Source: an uncultured Verrucomicrobiae bacterium (GTDB lineage: Bacteria; Verrucomicrobiota; Verrucomicrobiia; Chthoniobacterales; JAATET01). From it: 64,000 bases of DNA. The stretch lies in NCBI GenBank assembly GCA_963719495.1, contig CAVRCI010000003.1, positions 128,001 to 192,000 of the forward strand, in the 5' to 3' direction. How positions within the stretch are numbered: the stretch's first letter is position 1; every line of letters begins with the position of its first letter. The position numbers and the translations under genes are program-made. Under the pieces are notes generated by a model that did not search any database, was not told the DNA's origin, and saw only the letters and a list, made by a program, of their open reading frames with translations. This document shows, piece after piece, positions 1 through 9,358 of the stretch.

Positions 1-326
1 TGGAGATTCTGAGCGCCCGCCGCGCGAATGGGGAGCGCGAGCATCCTGCTCGCCGCTCCGGGCTTCCAGCCCGGAGCCCGTCCAAAAAGGAGGAACCCCG
101 TCAATCCCGTTAATCGGGAAAGTGAAATGGGACAGGATATCCAAGATTCACGGAATGATCAGGAACGCCTTACGAGAAAGACCGGGACCGGTCACCCTTT
201 CCAAAAGCGAAGGTTTCGTCAGACAGGATTGAAATTCAATCCCTTCAATCCTGTAAACCCTGTCCATTCCCGGATTTAGGGTTAATCCTCTCAAATTGGC
301 GAATTCCGCCGTAAACCAGCCATCCC

Positions 327-1292
327 ATGCGAATCCTCTCCGGCATCCAACCCTCCGGCAAAGCCCACCTCGGTCGTTACTTTGGCATGATGCAACCCGC
401 CGTCGCCCTACAGGAACGCGGCGAGGCCCTCTACTTCATCGCCGACCTCCACGCCCTCACCACCGTCCGCGACCCCGCCGCCCTCCGCGCCCACACCCGC
501 GACCTCGCCATCGACTTCCTGGCCTGCGGCCTCGACCCCGCCCGCGCCACCTTCTTCCGCCAATCCGACGTCCCCGCCGTCACGGAACTCGCCTGGATTC
601 TCTCCACCCTTACCCCGATGGGCCTCCTCGAGCGCTGCCATTCCTACAAGGACAAAACCGCCCGCGGCCTCCCCGCCACCCACGGCCTCTTCGCCTACCC
701 CGTCCTCATGGCCGCCGACATCCTCCTCTACGACAGCGACCTCGTGCCCGTCGGCAAGGACCAGAAACAACACCTCGAAGTCACCCGCGACATCGCCGTC
801 AAACTCAACGAAGCCTACGGCCCCGGCACAGTGAAGCTCCCCGAACCCAGCATTCAGGAATCAACCGCCACCGTCCCCGGCCTCGACGGCGCCAAAATGT
901 CCGCCAGCTACGGCAACACCATCGACATCTTCGAAGACGAGAAATCTCTGAAGAAAAAAATCATGGGCATTCCCACCGACTCCACCCCCGTCGAAGCCCC
1001 CAAACCCACCGAAAAGTCCACCATCCTCGACCTCCACCGCCTCGTCGCCCCCACAGCCGACCACGCCCAGATGCTCGCCGATTTCGCGTCCGGCGGCCAC
1101 GGCTACGGAGAATTTAAGAAACGCCTCCTGGCCGCCACCTGGGAAAAATTCGCCCCCGAGCGCCAACGCCGAGCCGAGCTGGTAGCCGACCCCACCTACG
1201 TCGACGGCGTCCTCACCGAAGGCGCCAGGAAAGCGAGTTCCATCGCGACCGAAGTCCTCAGTCGGGTAAAAACCGCCGTCGGCCTAGCCTAA
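327..1292 (+). CDS. trpS: Tryptophan--tRNA ligase (bacterial type, variant signature motifs)
   Basis: MRILSGIQPSG N-terminus, ADLHALT, YPVLMAADILLY, VPVGKDQKQHLE; motifs read HLGR and KMSAS. Confidence 0.95.
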   Translation: MRILSGIQPSGKAHLGRYFGMMQPAVALQERGEALYFIADLHALTTVRDPAALRAHTRDLAIDFLACGLDPARATFFRQSDVPAVTELAWILSTLTPMGLLERCHSYKDKTARGLPATHGLFAYPVLMAADILLYDSDLVPVGKDQKQHLEVTRDIAVKLNEAYGPGTVKLPEPSIQESTATVPGLDGAKMSASYGNTIDIFEDEKSLKKKIMGIPTDSTPVEAPKPTEKSTILDLHRLVAPTADHAQMLADFASGGHGYGEFKKRLLAATWEKFAPERQRRAELVADPTYVDGVLTEGARKASSIATEVLSRVKTAVGLA

Positions 1293-1477
1293 CGCCCACC
1301 CATCCCGGCTTTCCCGGCGATCGCGTGACTGATTCCACCCAAGCCAAGGGCGACAACCAGAAACCGACGGACGGATGGGGAAATCTATTTACCGGGAATA
1401 GCATGGCTAATTCCTGCGGAAGGAAAATCTGGTCGAGACCCAACCGGATTGGAGCCTTGCGCCGATCCTTTGTTCCA

Positions 1478-2008
1478 ATGAAGACAAAACTCATCCTAGC
1501 GACCACCGTCGTCACCGCGAGCCTCGCTCTCGCCTCCAACCTCCGCGCCGACTCCGACAGCGCTCCCGCGAAAGTCACCGAGATCGCGCAAGCTGCCGCT
1601 GACGAATCCGTCATCGAGAAGCTAACTCTCAACCCGCAGTATTCCATCCTCGTCGCCGCCCTCGAGCAGACCGGCCTCGACGCGATGTTCAAGGGCGACG
1701 AAGGCAACTACACCGTCTTTGCCCCCGACAACGCCGCGTTCCGCAAACTCCCCGAAGGCACGGTCGACGAGCTGATGAAAGACGAGAACAAAGACAAGCT
1801 GACGGAAATCCTCAAGATGCACGTCCTGCCCTCCCGCGTCGTAGCCGCCGAAATCTCGGATTCCCCGGTCGCCAACGCCGCTGGTAAGGAGCTCGTCTTC
1901 ACCACCAAAGGCGACGTGGTCATGGTTGACGGTGCCACCATCACCGTTGCCGACATGGAAGCCTCGAATGGTGTGATCCACAACATCGACACCGTCCTCA
2001 TGCCGTAA
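1478..2008 (+). CDS. Fasciclin (FAS1) domain secreted protein
   Basis: Signal peptide MKTKLILATT...; YTVFAPDNAAF and ASNGVIHNIDTVLMP FAS1 motifs; start moved to ATG 1478. Confidence 0.9.
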   Translation: MKTKLILATTVVTASLALASNLRADSDSAPAKVTEIAQAAADESVIEKLTLNPQYSILVAALEQTGLDAMFKGDEGNYTVFAPDNAAFRKLPEGTVDELMKDENKDKLTEILKMHVLPSRVVAAEISDSPVANAAGKELVFTTKGDVVMVDGATITVADMEASNGVIHNIDTVLMP

Positions 2009-2036
2009 GTCACTCGGAAAACAACTCAAACTCCCG

Positions 2037-2066
2037 AGCGGGCGCGACGAAAGTTGCGCCCGCTTT
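2037..2066 (+). terminator. Probable intrinsic terminator after fasciclin gene
   Basis: AGCGGGCGCGAC-GAAA-GTTGCGCCCGCT hairpin followed by a short T tract. Confidence 0.6.
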
Positions 2067-2109
2067 GCGTTTGGCTTGGTCGCGTGACCGATACTCAGTA
2101 TGGTGCGGG

Positions 2110-3771
2110 ATGAAGAACGCCATTCGCCTCAGCGTGGGAGCCGCCCTCGGGTTGTTGATCGTCGCCACGGCGGCCTTTTTTAGCGGCCCCGCCGAAACCA
2201 TTCGGTCGAGTCCTGCGGTCAGCCAGACACTCGTCCCGGTCACACCGCTGCCGAAAAACGACGCTCAACCCGTCAATCCCACCGCGGCCCGCCGCCCGAT
2301 CGTGGCCGTGCAGCCCCCCGTCATTGCCGCGAACGTTCCCCTCCATCGCTCGGCGTCGCGGGCTCAAATCTTTGGAGAAAAACCACTTACCGATCTCATT
2401 CCCGGAGATCGCGTCACGCTCCACCTTTCGCCGACCGCCGATCTCCCGATTGTCATCACATCGGCCGCACCCGTCGATCCGTCCGGCGAGGGCGGTTCGT
2501 TCGCGGCCCGCATTCCCGGCGTCCCGTTCGGTCGGGTCGCCATCAGCACCTTCGGCGACGCCGTTTACGCCTCGATCAATGGAGCCGAGCTCGGCGATTT
2601 CGAAATTCGCCGCAGTCCCGGATCGGATCGTTTGGAAGTCCGACGACTGACCGCCGCCGACGATCTCGGCTGCGCCAACGACCATCAGCTCACCGACACC
2701 GACACCGACACCGACGCCATTTCTTCTTCCACAGACGAAAACGTCTTTACCAAAGCGATCACCGGCGGCGCGACCATCGACGTCGCGGTCTTCTTCAACG
2801 ACCAATCCCGCGTCGTCCTCGGCGGAGCCCCGGGCAACCCCGCCGACGACGCCGACGTCCGCGCCAAGATCGCCACCGCGATCACGGACGCCAATTCCGC
2901 GCTGGCCGACTCGAACGTCCCCACCACCCTTCGCGCCGTCTACGTCGCTCCGATCAGCTACGTTTATCCGCCCGGCGAGGACCTCGACCGCGCCCTCAAC
3001 GAGCTCCGTTCCACCACCGACGGCGCCATCGATCAGGTCCACGCCCTCCGCGATGCCTCCAAGGCCGACATCGTCTCGTTGTGGATCGAGAACAGCGTCG
3101 GCGGAGGCAAGGCGAACCTCAACCTCCCATCCAACATCGGCTTCAAAAATGCCTTCAACGTCATCCGCGCCCAAAATCCAACTTCGACCTTCGTCCACGA
3201 GATCGGCCACAACCACGGCTGCCGCCACCTGCGCTCCGGCTATCCATCCACCCCATCGTCATGGGCACCGGATTCATTCGCCCACTTTTTCACCACGGGC
3301 GGAGGCGGCCGATTCGCCACCGTGGTCGCCTCGACCTCGGACGCCTCGAACAACACAGCCACCCGCATCCTGCGCATCTCCGCTCCCGAACTCGCCTACC
3401 TCGGCTCGCCCACCGGCGTCACGGGCAGCACCAACAACGCCGCAGCCTTCCGGGCGAGCGGCCCGTTGCTGGCCAACTTCCGCGGAGGTCCCGACACCAC
3501 CCCACCCGTCATCGGCCTCAAATCGAAACCCCGCATCAAGACCCGCCGCTCCCGCCTCACCCTCCGCGGCACCGCCACCGACGACGTCGCCATCGGTCGC
3601 GTCATCTACAAAGCCACCGGCAAACGTGGCCTCAGCACCGCCAAGGGACTCCGTCTATGGAGGCTCAAAGTCCGACTCAAAAAGCGCCGCACAATCGTCA
3701 AAGTTTTCGCCATCGACACCACCAACAACCGCTCCACCCCGCAAAAGGTCAAAATCATCAAAACCCGTTAG
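2110..3771 (+). CDS. Secreted M12/reprolysin-like zinc metallopeptidase with basic C-terminal Ig-like domain
   Basis: N-terminal hydrophobic segment; HEIGHNHGCRH metzincin motif; K/R-rich last ~93 aa starting PDTTPP. Confidence 0.85.
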   Translation: MKNAIRLSVGAALGLLIVATAAFFSGPAETIRSSPAVSQTLVPVTPLPKNDAQPVNPTAARRPIVAVQPPVIAANVPLHRSASRAQIFGEKPLTDLIPGDRVTLHLSPTADLPIVITSAAPVDPSGEGGSFAARIPGVPFGRVAISTFGDAVYASINGAELGDFEIRRSPGSDRLEVRRLTAADDLGCANDHQLTDTDTDTDAISSSTDENVFTKAITGGATIDVAVFFNDQSRVVLGGAPGNPADDADVRAKIATAITDANSALADSNVPTTLRAVYVAPISYVYPPGEDLDRALNELRSTTDGAIDQVHALRDASKADIVSLWIENSVGGGKANLNLPSNIGFKNAFNVIRAQNPTSTFVHEIGHNHGCRHLRSGYPSTPSSWAPDSFAHFFTTGGGGRFATVVASTSDASNNTATRILRISAPELAYLGSPTGVTGSTNNAAAFRASGPLLANFRGGPDTTPPVIGLKSKPRIKTRRSRLTLRGTATDDVAIGRVIYKATGKRGLSTAKGLRLWRLKVRLKKRRTIVKVFAIDTTNNRSTPQKVKIIKTR

Positions 3772-3843
3772 CGACCCGCTCAAGGAGCGGCGATTTGCAA
3801 TCGCCGAACCAACCCAACCCGGCACCAGCCGGACACTCCCCCC

Positions 3844-3878
3844 CATTCACCAGTCACCAGTCACCAGTCACCAGTCAC
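3844..3878. repeat. Heptamer tandem repeat (CAGTCAC)n
   Basis: CATTCAC plus four CAGTCAC units. Confidence 0.9.
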
Positions 3879-5335
3879 GCACTAACCCGCTTCACCGCCG
3901 CAATCTCCTCCAACCGCTCGCTTAGAATTTCCCGCAGCCGTCGGCTCTCCCCCAGCCCCGCTCGGCCCTTCCGGATCAACGCGAAGATCCGCTCACATTC
4001 CTTCCGCCGATCCTCCGGCCACTCCGCCGTCAGCAGCCCTCGCCCCCGCAGCGCCGCCAACTGTTCATCCAGTCCGAAGCTCAACTCATCCCGCCGCGCG
4101 TGCGACCGCCGGGCTGAATAAAAAAACACCGCCAGCGCTCGATCCAACAGAATCCAAGGAAAGTTCAACGCCTTCAGCGGCCCGACCCGCAGATCCCGTC
4201 CCGCGAATTTCTGCCGCCCAAAGACCCGTCCCATCCGCCCCGGCAGATCCACTTCGATCTGCGGCTTCCGCTTCCCCGCCACCCACGCGCTGCCGCCCCC
4301 CAGCGCCCCGCCGATCAAGGCTGCCGCCCCCAGCGTGTGACCCGCCAGCGCCGCGTCGACCACCAGTCCCGCGATCCCACCGGCAACCGTCGCCGACACT
4401 ACCAGCTGCTTCTCGTCCAACCCCCCGAAACGCCACACGTCCTCGCTGAACAAATCCACGTCGCGCAGCGCTCCCCCCGATTCCCCCGGCGACAGCTCAT
4501 GGTGCTTGAACGTCTCGATGATCCGCCGATGAGCCCGATCCTCGATCTCGCGTAGAGACGCTTCGAACTTCTCCACCAAATCCGAAGACCGTCGCCGCTC
4601 CGCCCCACCACCCAGGCCCACCGCCACCGTCTCGCGGTGCTGCAATGCACCCAGCAGCAACTCCGTCATTTCCTCCGCGCAATCGTCCCGGCGCCCGGCC
4701 CAATCCCGCTCGTAAGTCTCGACCGCCCGCTCCAGCGCCCCGCGCCACTTCTCGTCGATCCCCATCAGCGCCTTGAGCAGCTCCATCCGGTCGAAGTAAT
4801 CCGCCTCGTGCGAGTCGAATCTCCGCACCAGATTGAAATGCTGACCCAACCGCGCCTCCCACACCTCCGAGTGCACCGGGCTCGCCGTCGTGTTGATCAG
4901 ACCCATTCGCGGCCGCGCGCTCATCAGCAGAATTTTCATCTCCGCGTCGTTGATCTCCCGAAAAGGCTGCGACGAATCCACCACGTAAAGCACCCCCGCC
5001 CCATCCACCAAAGGACGGAACAATTTGCACTCCTCCGAGAAAGCCGGGTCGTCCCCGTGCAATTCCAAAAAGCTCCGAAACGCATCCAACGGATCCCCCA
5101 CCGGATCCTCCAACTCCCGCAACCGAGCCAGCGCCGACTTCGCATTCTGAAACCCCGGCGTGTCCCAGAATCCCACGATCGGAGACCCCTCGAGTTCGAC
5201 GACGAACGACTGACAATCCGTCGTCTCCCCCGGCGTGTTCGTCACCCGCAGCCGATCGTCCTCGATGAGAGCAGCGATCGTCGAAGTCTTCCCCGTATTC
5301 ACCGCCCCAACGCACGCAAAAAAGGGAACACTCAT
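3875..5335 (-). CDS. GTPase with DUF3482-like C-terminal domain
   Basis: GAVNTGKTS P-loop, DTPGF G3 motif, glycine-rich hydrophobic hairpin; start at MSVPFF. Confidence 0.8.
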   Translation of the reverse strand: MSVPFFACVGAVNTGKTSTIAALIEDDRLRVTNTPGETTDCQSFVVELEGSPIVGFWDTPGFQNAKSALARLRELEDPVGDPLDAFRSFLELHGDDPAFSEECKLFRPLVDGAGVLYVVDSSQPFREINDAEMKILLMSARPRMGLINTTASPVHSEVWEARLGQHFNLVRRFDSHEADYFDRMELLKALMGIDEKWRGALERAVETYERDWAGRRDDCAEEMTELLLGALQHRETVAVGLGGGAERRRSSDLVEKFEASLREIEDRAHRRIIETFKHHELSPGESGGALRDVDLFSEDVWRFGGLDEKQLVVSATVAGGIAGLVVDAALAGHTLGAAALIGGALGGGSAWVAGKRKPQIEVDLPGRMGRVFGRQKFAGRDLRVGPLKALNFPWILLDRALAVFFYSARRSHARRDELSFGLDEQLAALRGRGLLTAEWPEDRRKECERIFALIRKGRAGLGESRRLREILSERLEEIAAVKRVSA

Positions 5336-5392
5336 AATGACCCATGGTCCCAGTCGAAGGTGAAAAGTCCAAAGTCCAAAGTCATGCCACGC

Positions 5393-5475
5393 GGGGAGCG
5401 CGCGCGTCCCCGCGTGCGAGCGGCGGCGTCCCGCCGCCGCGCCCGGCAAATCGAGCGCAGCGAGAGAGCCGAAAT
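5393..5475. repeat. REP-like palindromic element (GGGAGCGCACGCGTCCCGCGTGCGAG family)
   Basis: Similar copies at about 11169, 15651 and 56713. Confidence 0.75.
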
Positions 5476-5492
5476 TAAAACACCGCACACTC

Positions 5493-6941
5493 TCACGCCC
5501 GTTCCACCCGCATAAAAGCGTCCCCCAAACCCGCCACCGCATCCGCCCAAGCCTCCGCGTAATCGAAAGCCGCCCCCTCCTCCGCGACCACAACCACCAT
5601 CACCTCCGCCCGCTCCGCCACCGAATCCCGCAGCTTCCGCAGGAATTCCAGCATCGCCTTCACCGGAGGCCGCCCCCCCTCCACCAGCACCGCCACGGCG
5701 CCACTCTCCCCATTCAACCGCCCAAATTCCGCCGCATTCGCCTCCGCGCAGTCGATCTCCACCTCACGTCGCTCCGATTCCCCCCAACCCAACCGAGCCA
5801 CCGCCGCGTCCCGGGCCTCCGCCACCATCTCCCGAGCCACCAGCACCACGTCCACCGCTCCCAGCCCCGTCTCGGCCGACTCCAACCGCCCCGCCACCGC
5901 CTCTTTCGCCGGCCCGGCCTCGCCCGCCACCACGACCGGCTCCATCCGCCGCAACACCCGTGCACACTCCGCGTGCCGAAATTCGATCCCACCCAAAGTC
6001 CGCCGCTCGAAGACAACCGACGCCGTCAGTAAAATCACCCGCGGCAGCAGCCCGTAAAACGCCACCGCGTAAACCAGAAACGGCCACCACGAAACCACGG
6101 CATCCGGCACGTTCTCGACGTTCCCCAAAACGGCAATGCGGCTCCCCGCAATCTCCACCAATGTCGGATGCGCGCTGGCCAGCCACGACCACGGCCACGA
6201 GATCACACTCACGATCTTCAGCATCGTTTCCGGCGACCATTGAAGCGCAGTCTCCTCCCAGCCGAACGCGCGGTTCGATGCCCCCACCGACCAAAGCGTC
6301 GCCGCCAAAATCCCCACGTTCACCGCCACCGCGAACGTCTGCGTCAGCGTCACCACCGGCCAGATCATCACGTCCCCGTAGACCGCCCGCTTCGCCCGCA
6401 CCGCCCCCAGCACCGCCGCAAATTTCATCCGCCCCGTCCCGTCCAGCCCCCCCCAGGCCGCCGCCTTCGCCCGTCCCACCGCCGCCAACCCTCGTCCCAA
6501 CGCCCACCCGATCACCCCGCCAACCGGTCGCCGCCGAAACAAGATCACCCCGGCCAAAACCAACAGCACGATCAATTGCCACAACACCGTCACCGAAAAA
6601 AACGCCGTCACGCTGATCAGGCGATCCCCCGCGAAAACCAACTGCGACCCCGCCAACCCGGCCCCGATGGCCAAACCAGCCAGGATCAACCCCCAGCCCA
6701 TCGCCCCCATCGTCGACGCGTAAACGTCCCCGGCCGAGAATTCCTTCCCGTCCATCCGCCGCCGCGCCCCCAGCCAAAGCCGCATCTTCCCCGCAGCGTC
6801 GTGCGCGCCTCCCCGCACGTCCTCGCGAAAAATCGCCCGATCCCGCGCCGCCAGTTCCCCATCATCCCGACCCGCGTCCGCCTCCAGTGCGGCCTCCAGA
6901 TCCAGCACGTCGCGGATTCTCCATCGGGGTCGTCGAGCCAT
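5493..6941 (-). CDS. DUF2868-like membrane protein
   Basis: Several TM helices, AFGWEET and WWPFLVYAVAFYGLLPR motifs; upstream partner of the DUF3482 GTPase. Confidence 0.75.
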   Translation of the reverse strand: MARRPRWRIRDVLDLEAALEADAGRDDGELAARDRAIFREDVRGGAHDAAGKMRLWLGARRRMDGKEFSAGDVYASTMGAMGWGLILAGLAIGAGLAGSQLVFAGDRLISVTAFFSVTVLWQLIVLLVLAGVILFRRRPVGGVIGWALGRGLAAVGRAKAAAWGGLDGTGRMKFAAVLGAVRAKRAVYGDVMIWPVVTLTQTFAVAVNVGILAATLWSVGASNRAFGWEETALQWSPETMLKIVSVISWPWSWLASAHPTLVEIAGSRIAVLGNVENVPDAVVSWWPFLVYAVAFYGLLPRVILLTASVVFERRTLGGIEFRHAECARVLRRMEPVVVAGEAGPAKEAVAGRLESAETGLGAVDVVLVAREMVAEARDAAVARLGWGESERREVEIDCAEANAAEFGRLNGESGAVAVLVEGGRPPVKAMLEFLRKLRDSVAERAEVMVVVVAEEGAAFDYAEAWADAVAGLGDAFMRVERA

Positions 6942-7022
6942 TCGCAAGACACTATCGCGAATCGCCCGCCCCATTGTCCACTCCCGGGAAGCAACGCAAC
7001 CGACCCGCGCATGCCAGCATTC

Positions 7023-7103
7023 CACCATTCACAATTCACCCTTCACCAGTCACCATCCCAAAAAAGCCCCCACCCCATTTCTCATTTCTCATTCCGCATT
7101 TCC
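7023..7103. repeat. Heptamer arrays (CACCATT-type, then CATTTCT-type)
   Basis: Five CACCATT-like units at 7023-7057; CATTTCTCATTTCTCATTCCGCATTTCC at 7076-7103. Confidence 0.85.
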
Positions 7104-7117
7104 AATTGCACCAAGCC

Positions 7118-7660
7118 ATGCTCGACGACATCCAAAAAGTCCTCTTCCACGAGTCCACCATCCTCAGCCGCCTCGACGAGATCGCCCACCAGATCACCCT
7201 CGATTACCGCGACAAAGACCTCACCGTCATCGCGATCCTCAACGGCAGTTTCATCTTCATGGCCGACCTCCTGCGCCGCGTCCCCCTCGCCCTCCAGGTC
7301 GATTGTCTCAGCGTCTCCAGCTACCACGGCACCACCACCACCGGTAAGGTCAACTTCAAGCAGACGGAGCTCCCCGACCTCACCGACCGCCACGTCCTCC
7401 TCCTCGACGACATCCTCGACTCCGGCCACACCCTCCACGCCATCCGTGCCCGCCTCTCCGAAAAAGGCGGTGCCCTCAGCATTCGCACCTGCGTCCTCCT
7501 GCGAAAAAACGTGGAGCGCGCCCGCGAAGTCGACGCCGATTACGTCGGCTTCGACATCCCGAACGAATTCGTCGTCGGCTACGGCCTCGATTACAACGAG
7601 CAATACCGCAACCTCCCCTTCATCGGAGTCCTCACCCCCGCGGCCATCGCGGGCAAATGA
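7118..7660 (+). CDS. hpt: Hypoxanthine phosphoribosyltransferase
   Basis: VLLLDDILDSGHTL PRPP motif, FVVGYGLDY, YRNLPFIG. Confidence 0.95.
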   Translation: MLDDIQKVLFHESTILSRLDEIAHQITLDYRDKDLTVIAILNGSFIFMADLLRRVPLALQVDCLSVSSYHGTTTTGKVNFKQTELPDLTDRHVLLLDDILDSGHTLHAIRARLSEKGGALSIRTCVLLRKNVERAREVDADYVGFDIPNEFVVGYGLDYNEQYRNLPFIGVLTPAAIAGK

Positions 7661-7661
7661 C

Positions 7662-7907
7662 ATGAAGACCAAGGTGGAATTCTACTCCGTCCTCCGCGAC
7701 ATCACCGGCTGTCAGGAGATCGAAGTCACCCTGCCCGAAGGCGCCACCATCGCCGTCCTCCTCGGCGGCCTCGTCACCCAATTCCCCAGATTGACCGAAT
7801 GGGACGGCAAACTCCTCCTCGCCGCCAACCTCGACTACGTCGACCGCACCCACCCCATCCAGCCCGGCGAAGTCATCTCCATCATGCCCCCCGTCCAAGG
7901 CGGGTGA
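7662..7907 (+). CDS. moaD: MoaD/ThiS family sulfur carrier protein
   Basis: 81 aa ubiquitin-like protein ending PPVQGG. Confidence 0.85.
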   Translation: MKTKVEFYSVLRDITGCQEIEVTLPEGATIAVLLGGLVTQFPRLTEWDGKLLLAANLDYVDRTHPIQPGEVISIMPPVQGG

Positions 7908-7913
7908 AATGGG

Positions 7914-8024
7914 TTTGAACAGAAGAGCGCAAAGTTCGCAAAGGGCTCGAGTCGGGCTTCGCCCGGCTCGAGCCCTTTGCGATTCCTTTCACCCCTTTGC
8001 GTCCTTCGCGACCTTCTGTTCAAA
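7914..8024. repeat. Nested inverted-repeat element between convergent genes
   Basis: TTTGAACAGAAG ... CTTCTGTTCAAA outer IR; internal GCAAAGGGCTCGAG...CTCGAGCCCTTTGC hairpin; right-end-like copy at about 21995-22028. Confidence 0.7.
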
Positions 8025-8038
8025 ACCGTATTTGTATT

Positions 8039-9166
8039 TCACTCCGTCGTCGACATCCCCACCACGTCCCCCGCATACCCCGTCATTTCCAGATACCCCA
8101 CCCCGTCCCGGCTCCCGGTAGCCCGCACGCTCCCCTCCCAGTAGGAAACCGGCTGGAAAACCTGCTCTTGTCCGTCCAGCCGAGCCGCCACGCGTAGGTC
8201 CAATCCGACCTTCGGCACCGCCACCTTCCACTCCAGCGGATACGTCGCCCCCGTCTCCGGGCTCGTCCACTCCCGCCCGGCCTCGAGCGTGAATTCCCCG
8301 TCCGCGATCGGCACCGTCGACCCATCCGCCCGCACGAACGTCCCGCTCGAAAACTCATCCCGCCCACCCCCACGCTTCCGGATTTGAAACAGCATCAACT
8401 CCGTCCCGTCGTCGAACTGCAGACTGAACCAATCCCATCCCGTCTGATCCGCCCCCAACTGGTTCGTCGCCCACTCGTGGTCGAACCAACTCGTCCCCGT
8501 CACCGCAAACTCCTCACCCCCCACCGAAACCGTTCCTTCGGAGTCCAATCGCGTCAGCGAATAGTAATGCGAAGCCCGCCCCACCCCCGCCGCCTTCTGA
8601 CTCACCCCATCCGTCCCCTGAATCACCACCGCCTTCTCCGACCGGACCGTCAGCTCCAACCCTATCCCGTCGGCAGCCCCCACGATCCGAAACCCATCCC
8701 CGTCCGGCAACACGACCGCCTCACAACCTTCAACCCATGCCACCCGCCCCCCGTCCGCCGTCCCCGCCTCCCCGTAAGCCCCTCGCGACAAAATCTGCGC
8801 CCCCTGAAACCGCTCATCCGCCAGATCCGTCACCGAAAAATGAACGAAGTAGATGTCCCCCGCCACGAACCGCGACGCCGTCGCCACCCGCTCATCGGGC
8901 GGCGTAATCCCCTGACGAAAAAACGTCAGCTGATACCCAAACTCCCGCCCCGCATCCGACCGCAGATTCCCGGTAAAATACCACCACTCCGTCTTGAAGT
9001 CCGGATGGTCTCCATGATCCCGAGGAAACGAATACCCCCACCCCGGCAAAGCCACCGCCCACTCCCCCCGAGCCATCCCGCCCAGCAAAAGGAGCGAAGC
9101 GACCACCCAACAGAAGGCAGGGAAGCCGCGCCGCGGGTTCCCAAAAATCAGACGCAAACCGTTCAA
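8039..9166 (-). CDS. AttH/CrtC-like lipocalin-domain protein (carotenoid 1,2-hydratase family)
   Basis: FPRDHGDHPDFKTEWWYFTG, WFDHEW, GWDWFSLQ, YWEG, GYLEMTGY; start uncertain. Confidence 0.85.
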   Translation of the reverse strand: MNGLRLIFGNPRRGFPAFCWVVASLLLLGGMARGEWAVALPGWGYSFPRDHGDHPDFKTEWWYFTGNLRSDAGREFGYQLTFFRQGITPPDERVATASRFVAGDIYFVHFSVTDLADERFQGAQILSRGAYGEAGTADGGRVAWVEGCEAVVLPDGDGFRIVGAADGIGLELTVRSEKAVVIQGTDGVSQKAAGVGRASHYYSLTRLDSEGTVSVGGEEFAVTGTSWFDHEWATNQLGADQTGWDWFSLQFDDGTELMLFQIRKRGGGRDEFSSGTFVRADGSTVPIADGEFTLEAGREWTSPETGATYPLEWKVAVPKVGLDLRVAARLDGQEQVFQPVSYWEGSVRATGSRDGVGYLEMTGYAGDVVGMSTTE

Positions 9167-9230
9167 ACCACCAACCCCCGACCGCTGAAAACCGCAAAAC
9201 CACCGTCACTCCAAAGCGTCCCCCAACCCA

Positions 9231-9274
9231 ACCTGTCATATTGAGCCAAGCGAAATATCTCTGGCTTACACTCC
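9231..9274. repeat. GTCAT..GAGC..AGCGAA..ATCT-type intergenic repeat
   Basis: Near-identical copy at 30702-30745. Confidence 0.7.
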
Positions 9275-9358
9275 ATCCGATCATCAGCAAAGCCCCCCCG
9301 AACCACCATCATCCCTCACCCACCACGACCTTCGACCTTCAGACCTTCGACCTACTGC

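Noticed and set aside
28..279. 83-aa ORF containing NPVNPV repeats
   Set aside because: Translation of a REP-like element and 9-bp AATCCTGT-type repeats; no support for coding
2691..2718. (ACCGAC)n repeat in the metallopeptidase gene as a phase-variation tract
   Set aside because: The hexamer unit preserves frame and encodes a TDTD linker
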